This document shows, piece after piece, positions 56,620 to 61,563 of a stretch of DNA of 61,563 nucleotides. The notes under the pieces are model-generated. The model saw nothing but the letters and a program-made list of their open reading frames with translations. It was not told the DNA's origin and made no database searches. The position numbers and the translations under genes were made by a program. The DNA comes from a virus (Duplodnaviria; Caudoviricetes). Each line of letters starts with the position of its first letter. The stretch's first letter is position 1. The DNA is taken from the IMG/VR virus record IMGVR_UViG_3300044678_000872, positions 1 to 61,563 of that record. One strand, given 5' to 3'.

Positions 56620-56875
56620 GATATTCCTCTCCGTTGATATTGACTAACTTGTCTTCTGGATATGCTACTATGAACTTGTCTGGTATGTCAAGCCCATGTC
56701 TGTCTATCTGATAGTTAATTCCGTCTGCAAGGTTCTTAGCAGTTATCGCAATACTATCTTCTTGTTTGATTAGATAGAAAGGAATAGCGTACTTCCAATC
56801 AGACAGAGTTAATCTACTATCAGCCATTAGGTCTGCTAGTTTCTGTGCTATCTTTTCTGTTTTAATTTTAACCAC
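56606..56875 (-). CDS. Hypothetical protein (leaderless)
   Basis: TTGACC-17-TAAACT (56909-56881), 5 nt before GTG. Confidence 0.65.
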   Translation of the reverse strand: MVKIKTEKIAQKLADLMADSRLTLSDWKYAIPFYLIKQEDSIAITAKNLADGINYQIDRHGLDIPDKFIVAYPEDKLVNINGEEYRGHR

Positions 56876-56912
56876 CCTTTAGTTTATCACTTCATACCGA
56901 TTTGGTCAAGCC

Positions 56913-57140
56913 TTAGTCTTCGAACGTGTCAAGCATTACTATCTTAAGATAACTACCATCGGGTACAGATATAGTCTTAGTTTCATCATAATTATCTAAA
57001 ACTATAATATCCCATCCATCATTAGTATCTAATAGATTTATAACTTGAAATACTTCTTGCTTTAGTTTAATTAGATCCCCGACTTCGAGGTAATTAACTA
57101 GAATTCGATCTACTACTTTATATTCTTCCATCGTTATCAT
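56913..57140 (-). CDS. Small beta-barrel (SH3/KOW-like) hypothetical protein
   Basis: LEVGDLIK motif; SD AGGAG. Confidence 0.6.
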   Translation of the reverse strand: MITMEEYKVVDRILVNYLEVGDLIKLKQEVFQVINLLDTNDGWDIIVLDNYDETKTISVPDGSYLKIVMLDTFED

Positions 57141-57148
57141 TATATCTC

Positions 57149-57556
57149 CTATTCTCTATCTAGTTGTACTATGATATTTAACATATCATCATATGGTTTT
57201 TCTGTTATGAAGTACCCGATTCTGTTGACAAAGCACCAACCATTAACAATACAGGTATGCCCCTCTTCATCATCGATATACGTCCAGATACGGTTTGGCT
57301 CATTTTGACCAATAGCAGCCACATGGTCATACTCGGCACCGTAGGTCTCAAACATTAGACCTCCAGAGCCATCGTTAAAGGAAGCATTCTTATCTAAGTG
57401 GTTTACCATTGGTTTAAAATGAAACTCCCACTCTTCTACAGATAACAATACTTGATTGTAGTATGGTGAGTCTGGATTAATATCTGGGTCCAAGCAACTA
57501 CACAACTCGTTGCCACAGAAGTCACAGCCCTCTTCGAATTCTTCACTCACTGCCAT
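57149..57556 (-). CDS. Hypothetical protein
   Basis: CDFC..CSC N-terminus; FETYG, IWT, VNRIGYFIT; start approximate. Confidence 0.65.
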   Translation of the reverse strand: MAVSEEFEEGCDFCGNELCSCLDPDINPDSPYYNQVLLSVEEWEFHFKPMVNHLDKNASFNDGSGGLMFETYGAEYDHVAAIGQNEPNRIWTYIDDEEGHTCIVNGWCFVNRIGYFITEKPYDDMLNIIVQLDRE

Positions 57557-57791
57557 CATCCTCATATAAAATAGTCATGTCAAAGTTATCTAAAGCACCA
57601 TCAGAATATTGAACATGGTCCATATAATTCATATTCATATATTCTTCAATTGCTGTTTCTAACTCATCAGTGTCATCGTCTGCAGTCATATCGTTAAATG
57701 CTGGATAGATATCTGCAATCTCTTCAGCAGACAAACTTACGTTAGCCCACATTTGAAGACCAACTTCAACACTATCTATATACTTAGCCAT
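57543..57791 (-). CDS. Hypothetical acidic protein
   Basis: Start MAKYID at 57791 with SD GAGGAGG. Confidence 0.65.
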   Translation of the reverse strand: MAKYIDSVEVGLQMWANVSLSAEEIADIYPAFNDMTADDDTDELETAIEEYMNMNYMDHVQYSDGALDNFDMTILYEDDGSE

Positions 57792-57885
57792 TTGTTTCCT
57801 CCTCGTTTGGTAAGAATTCATACACAACTGTTTGACATTTACTGCACTCCATATTACCTGTACAGCCGTTTGGGCAATTAGACAT
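57784..57885 (-). CDS. Micro zinc-binding protein (not in the ORF track)
   Basis: 33 aa MSNCPNGCTGNMECSKCQ...; SD GAAAGGA. Confidence 0.55.
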   Translation of the reverse strand: MSNCPNGCTGNMECSKCQTVVYEFLPNEEETNG

Positions 57886-58129
57886 TCTGTTTCCTTTCCC
57901 AGTTTAGTCGGTGCCACTGAATATCATATAACAGATTGGACACTTCTACAAGTGCGTCCATTCTTGCACACATAATATCCAATTCTTCTTTAGTCCAAGT
58001 AGGCATGTCCATTTGCCATGAAAGGTCAGCCATAAGAACTTTTAATCTACCTGATAAAATTTCATCTGTAGATATATTGTATTTAAAGTAAGACTGTAAT
58101 TGTCTTAGTTCTTTATCTTCTTCTACCAT
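57878..58129 (-). CDS. Hypothetical protein
   Basis: Start MVEEDK with SD GGAG. Confidence 0.6.
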   Translation of the reverse strand: MVEEDKELRQLQSYFKYNISTDEILSGRLKVLMADLSWQMDMPTWTKEELDIMCARMDALVEVSNLLYDIQWHRLNWERKQNV

Positions 58130-58320
58130 GCTGGCTCCAATCCAAATGGTGGGGGTGGTACGGCTTCTTCCCATTGAGAGTCTACTTCACCTTCAACAAC
58201 TTTGCAACCCTCTGGCATAGGTTCGCTACCAAAGTATGCGTCATAGGCTTTATAGGCTGTTTCTTCGTCTGGTGCTTCTATGTGATACCAAGTACCTGAC
58301 AATACATTAAACTTAGGCAT
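58123..58320 (-). CDS. Hypothetical protein
   Basis: TAATG coupling; IEAPDEETA motif. Confidence 0.6.
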   Translation of the reverse strand: MPKFNVLSGTWYHIEAPDEETAYKAYDAYFGSEPMPEGCKVVEGEVDSQWEEAVPPPPFGLEPAW

Positions 58321-58406
58321 TAGTAACCTGCCTTACATTCTGAGTTGTGACCAAAAGTAAAGTTGCAACCACATACCCAATGATGACAATTACATTTGTC
58401 TGACAT
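58320..58406 (-). CDS. Cys/His-rich micropeptide (not in the ORF track)
   Basis: 28 aa MSDKCNCHHWVCGCNFTFGHNSECKAGY; SD GGAGG; coupled at both ends. Confidence 0.55.
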   Translation of the reverse strand: MSDKCNCHHWVCGCNFTFGHNSECKAGY

Positions 58407-58546
58407 TATTCCTCCACCTTAATCATATAGGCTAGTACCTCTAGACTATTACAATTAACACAATCACAGTCTCCCACATGACCCTCTACCTTGTCAAGCA
58501 TATCTGTAAGTATTTTTTCAATGGGGGTATCTAAATCAAAATCCAT
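58406..58546 (-). CDS. Small metal-binding protein (not in the ORF track)
   Basis: 46 aa, H..DCDCVNC; SD GAGG. Confidence 0.55.
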   Translation of the reverse strand: MDFDLDTPIEKILTDMLDKVEGHVGDCDCVNCNSLEVLAYMIKVEE

Positions 58547-58745
58547 AATGACCCTCTCTAACATAAAATGAATAAGCCTGGGCAAATCTATTCCATACTC
58601 TTAATCCATCACAATTTTTACAATAGAATGATCCTGGAATATCTGAGCATTCCCATTGACAATTGTCACCTTGTTTTGTATCATACCAACAAAGATCGGT
58701 TACCATGATTGTGTTCCTGTTCTCATATACCATTGGACATAACAT
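58536..58745 (-). CDS. Small Cys-containing hypothetical protein
   Basis: C..C..C..CKNC; start uncertain. Confidence 0.5.
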   Translation of the reverse strand: MLCPMVYENRNTIMVTDLCWYDTKQGDNCQWECSDIPGSFYCKNCDGLRVWNRFAQAYSFYVREGHYGF

Positions 58746-58808
58746 ATATTACATCTCATATAGGCTTTGAATTTACCTAAGTCTGTGTTACAATCTAAAC
58801 ATTTATAA

Positions 58809-59069
58809 TCACTCATTAGCAAACCTACTTTCTAGTTCTGCCATAATATCTTGTTGCCATTGTCTATGTATACCATCTGTGTTAAAATCCCAAAACTCCA
58901 CGGCTTGGTCATGAACAAATCTAGTTACATCCATCCATGCAGTTTCACCATAGAATTTTTTAGCATGATGACCATTTAAACTAACTTTATAATCAGCCCA
59001 ATAATCTTCGGGGTTGACAAAAACTTCTAATCCATTTTTACTATATATACTTTTATACTTATTATCCAT
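58809..59069 (-). CDS. Hypothetical protein
   Basis: KFYGETAWMDV.R; SD AAGGTGG; first gene after the promoter. Confidence 0.65.
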   Translation of the reverse strand: MDNKYKSIYSKNGLEVFVNPEDYWADYKVSLNGHHAKKFYGETAWMDVTRFVHDQAVEFWDFNTDGIHRQWQQDIMAELESRFANE

Positions 59070-59101
59070 ATACCCACCTTAATATAGTTCCACCATAAAT
59101 A

Positions 59102-59130
59102 AATATACCCTCTTAATGGGATAAAGTCAA
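59102..59130 (-). promoter_or_regulatory. Early sigma70 promoter (module B)
   Basis: TTGACT-17-TATATT; TTAAGA boxes upstream and in the spacer. Confidence 0.7.
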
Positions 59131-59178
59131 GAACATTCTTAAAGGTTCTTAATAGGTATAAAACAGACATCGACTGCG

Positions 59179-59251
59179 CGATCCTGACCAGATTTGAACT
59201 GGCGACCTCTACCGTGACAGGGTAGCGTTCTAACCACTGAACTACAGGACC
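59179..59251 (-). tRNA. tRNA-Asp (GTC), CCA not encoded
   Basis: GGTCCTG-TA-GTTC(AGTGGTTA)GAAC-G-CTACC(CT GTC AC)GGTAG-AGGTC-GCCAG(TTCAAAT)CTGGT-CAGGATC-G cloverleaf. Confidence 0.95.
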
Positions 59252-59254
59252 AGG

Positions 59255-59283
59255 TAGGCAGTTTTAATTCATGCCCAGGAATT
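59255..59283 (-). ncRNA. Putative H-type pseudoknot motif, copy 1
   Basis: AATTC-C-TGGGCA-T-GAATT-AAAAC-TGCCTA. Confidence 0.5.
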
Positions 59284-59288
59284 TTAAT

Positions 59289-60296
59289 TTATTTAACTCC
59301 AGCCAATTCCTTGACGGCTCTAAATAATTTATTTTTTTCTGCGTTTGCCATAGCGTCAAAACCAGAAGCAGAAGCAAGACGATTTTCTGAATTATTCTTG
59401 CGTTCTTGCTTGTAGTAATCTAGGCGTTCTGTTAAGGCATTGAACATGCCCCATGCAGTACCCTTGATGTTTGCATTAGTAGGTGAGTCAAAATATAAAT
59501 CATTGACTAGATTTATTTTACTGTCCCACTTAGTAACACTTGCTTTTTTATCCTTATCTGGTTTTGGATAAATTGCAGTAATGATGTCATAGACTTGTTT
59601 GTCATTGACTTTTGTTTCAAATAAGGCTTTGGCTTCTTTTTCAAAGTCGTCCATATATTGAATTGTTAATCCAAGAGCCTCTCTTGCAACTTGAATCTTT
59701 CCCTCAACTGTTGCAGTATGGCGTAGTTTGAAAGATTGTTTCACACTACCCAATGCAAGGTTAAGAGTATTTTGGCACACAACTCTAACAGGTGTGATAC
59801 TTGCTTGAACAGCAACTGAGCCGTCATGTGAGGTATGCACTAAGAGATAGGTTGTAGTTTTATCATTAGCACCATTAGGGTCTAAAGTAAATTCTTTAGG
59901 AATTACTAAAGAGCCAAATACGATTGTGCCATTTTTAATTGAACCAGCAGATTCCCAACTTGCACCACCATGCAATAGGTTATCTCCAAATTCAAATAGT
60001 TGTTCGTTTTGAACAACTTTGTATCTTTCGCCAACAACACCTAAAATGTCTGTGCCGTTGTCAAATGGATTAGTGCGTGTCACATAGTAATTTGATTTGT
60101 GACTACGATAGTTTTCTGGATTTTGAATTTCCTCTAACTGTATATTCCAATTAGATAGTTTTGCACTATCTAACATTGTGCTAGTGTTAATGTGTTCGTC
60201 CTTATCGAACAACACGTTTGCTAGACCATGCCAAGCAGGTGCACCTCTAAGTGCAAATGCTACTTGCCCATCTTTTTCTTCTAAGGCGTGTGCCAT
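59289..60296 (-). CDS. DUF932-family phage/plasmid protein
   Basis: PAWHGL, LGVVGERYKVVQN, ESAGS, SHDGS, TPVRVVCQNTL, RHT, GTAWGMFNALTE. Confidence 0.9.
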   Translation of the reverse strand: MAHALEEKDGQVAFALRGAPAWHGLANVLFDKDEHINTSTMLDSAKLSNWNIQLEEIQNPENYRSHKSNYYVTRTNPFDNGTDILGVVGERYKVVQNEQLFEFGDNLLHGGASWESAGSIKNGTIVFGSLVIPKEFTLDPNGANDKTTTYLLVHTSHDGSVAVQASITPVRVVCQNTLNLALGSVKQSFKLRHTATVEGKIQVAREALGLTIQYMDDFEKEAKALFETKVNDKQVYDIITAIYPKPDKDKKASVTKWDSKINLVNDLYFDSPTNANIKGTAWGMFNALTERLDYYKQERKNNSENRLASASGFDAMANAEKNKLFRAVKELAGVK

Positions 60297-60325
60297 AGGG
60301 TTTTCCTTTCGTTGTAGATATTTAT

Positions 60326-60354
60326 ATCTTATATTAAAGGTCTGACAATGTCAA
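60326..60354 (-). promoter_or_regulatory. Early sigma70 promoter (module C)
   Basis: TTGACA-17-TAAGAT; SD GAAAGGA downstream. Confidence 0.7.
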
Positions 60355-60415
60355 GGATTTCAGGATTATATTTCTACTCTTCTTAAAAGAACAAATCGGA
60401 CATCGGTTGCGCGAT

Positions 60416-60512
60416 CCTGGAGCCGCAAACCCTACGGATGCGGTCCAGGTTCTAAATACCGTTGTGGAACCTAGGTGATTACACAGTTCAAACCACAGCG
60501 GCATTTAGAATT
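60416..60512 (-). other. Two adjacent stem-loops (structured 3' UTR or small RNA)
   Basis: 18-bp stem TTCTAAATGCCGCTGTGG/CCACAACGGTATTTAGAA (one mismatch), then CCTGGACCGCA/TGCGGcTCCAGG. Confidence 0.55.
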
Positions 60513-60519
60513 CTATTGT

Positions 60520-60957
60520 CTACCAACTAGATTGATATTTGAATGACCATTCTTCGGGGTATTCAGTCAAGACCTTTTCTAATTGTTCTATAGTGTCTTG
60601 AATATCACTAAAGTAGTATTCGTTATATTCATAGTTACCAAAGAAGAATCCCTCTTGCCTTGGCAATAAAGTTTTTGCCTCTTCTTTATCTATTAATACA
60701 ATCTTACAAGTATCTAATAATAATTGTAGTTGGTCTCGTGACACGTAGTATTCTTCACAGTTGTCAACACCATTTTGGACGTGGTCAACAAACCATTTAT
60801 GAATCTGATTTGCTTTTCTCCAATAAGCAACTTGAACTTCTAGCGTTGCAGTATCAAGTGCAAACGGTGCCTCTTGAACTAGTTTATTATAAAGGTCTGG
60901 ATTTTTCCAGCCATTGAAAGTCATTTGTCTTGCTGTTAAATACATATCTAATCCCAT
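60520..60957 (-). CDS. Hypothetical phage protein
   Basis: MGLDMYL...VAYWRKANQIHKWFV...GFFFG...YQSSW; SD AAAGGA. Confidence 0.8.
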   Translation of the reverse strand: MGLDMYLTARQMTFNGWKNPDLYNKLVQEAPFALDTATLEVQVAYWRKANQIHKWFVDHVQNGVDNCEEYYVSRDQLQLLLDTCKIVLIDKEEAKTLLPRQEGFFFGNYEYNEYYFSDIQDTIEQLEKVLTEYPEEWSFKYQSSW

Positions 60958-60983
60958 TTGAATTCCTTTTCTAGTAGGGTTGG

Positions 60984-61012
60984 TGAGCAGTTTATACCCA
61001 TGCTCAGGGGGT
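60984..61012 (-). ncRNA. Putative H-type pseudoknot motif, copy 2
   Basis: ACCC-CC-TGAGCA-T-GGGT-ATAAAC-TGCTCA. Confidence 0.5.
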
Positions 61013-61109
61013 TGTCAAGAGTGGGGGCTAGGCGATTTGCAAGCCCCGACCCTTGCCTTTGGCTACCATGTATATGGAACTAATATCCATGTGTATGGTT
61101 ATGCCAAAT

Positions 61110-61563
61110 CTATAAGTATCTACTTACAGATTGGTAAGTTGAGGTTGAGACTACTTCCTCATCTGACATACTTAGAACACGAATTGCATTTTGTATTTCT
61201 GCAAGTCTATCCTCGAAGCCACCAATATAGTTGCGACCATATCCTTGTGATTGAAAGGGTGGCTTAGGTGCTTCTGGTTCTACTGGTATCTTATCTCTTG
61301 GAACTTCTACTTCAACATCAACTCTGATATTGTCATCATTATGCCAAGCATTTCTAACAGAAATAGTCTTTTGTTTATCTTTTACTGAGTCAAGATGAGC
61401 ATAAGCAATCTGGGCTACTTTGTTTTTCCAATCAGCGTAGTCTGTTTCATGCTTACTTAATAGCAACTCATAATTCATTTGTTGGTTTTTCATTTCTTCT
61501 ACTTTTACTTCTAATGCTTTGATAACCTTAGTTCTGGCTACCTTTACATTTATTGCTTTTGCC
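61110..61563 (-). CDS. Hypothetical protein, 5' end at or just beyond the window edge
   Basis: Frame stays open upstream of the tracked start: AKAINVKVARTKVIKALE... Confidence 0.7.
   Translation of the reverse strand, partial: AKAINVKVARTKVIKALEVKVEEMKNQQMNYELLLSKHETDYADWKNKVAQIAYAHLDSVKDKQKTISVRNAWHNDDNIRVDVEVEVPRDKIPVEPEAPKPPFQSQGYGRNYIGGFEDRLAEIQNAIRVLSMSDEEVVSTSTYQSVSRYL

Noticed and set aside
59255-61012. Pseudoknot motif as a hammerhead ribozyme or a known riboswitch (preQ1, SAM-II, fluoride)
   Set aside because: It lacks the CUGAnGA/GAAA core and the consensus nucleotides I recall for those riboswitches; left unassigned
1-61563. Stop-codon reassignment, integrase or transposase
   Set aside because: Long genes are intact under the standard code and end in TAA, TAG and TGA; no integrase or transposase motifs were seen

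Overview
This AT-rich window is part of a large, long-tailed dsDNA phage genome. The host is most likely a low-GC actinobacterium, inferred from a WhiB gene, an actinobacterial-looking FtsZ and leaderless promoters. The + strand carries the capsid, neck and tail module (1-21.5 kb, with a -1 frameshifted tail chaperone and a 2045-aa tape measure). It continues with replication and recombination genes (DnaB, primase, SSB, DnaE, RecA, resolvases, Cas4-like nuclease), a terminase far from the head genes, and a lysis/membrane cluster. An accessory region follows: SNase, a tail-less FtsZ, glycosyltransferase-like genes facing an inverted sugar-modification cassette, Hsp20, a SpeD-like decarboxylase and thioredoxin. 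After a convergent AT-rich junction at about 55.2-55.6 kb, the - strand holds small early genes and tRNA-Asp. Strongest leads: (1) a phage FtsZ with an intact GTPase core but no C-terminal anchor; (2) a candidate virion glycosylation system, with SAS/SGS motifs enriched in outer virion proteins plus a glycan enzyme island; (3) a repeat-flanked cargo segment with a SAP-like motif inside the tape measure; (4) a two-copy covarying RNA pseudoknot and repeated promoter modules in the early region. All function calls come from motif recognition by eye; no searches were run.
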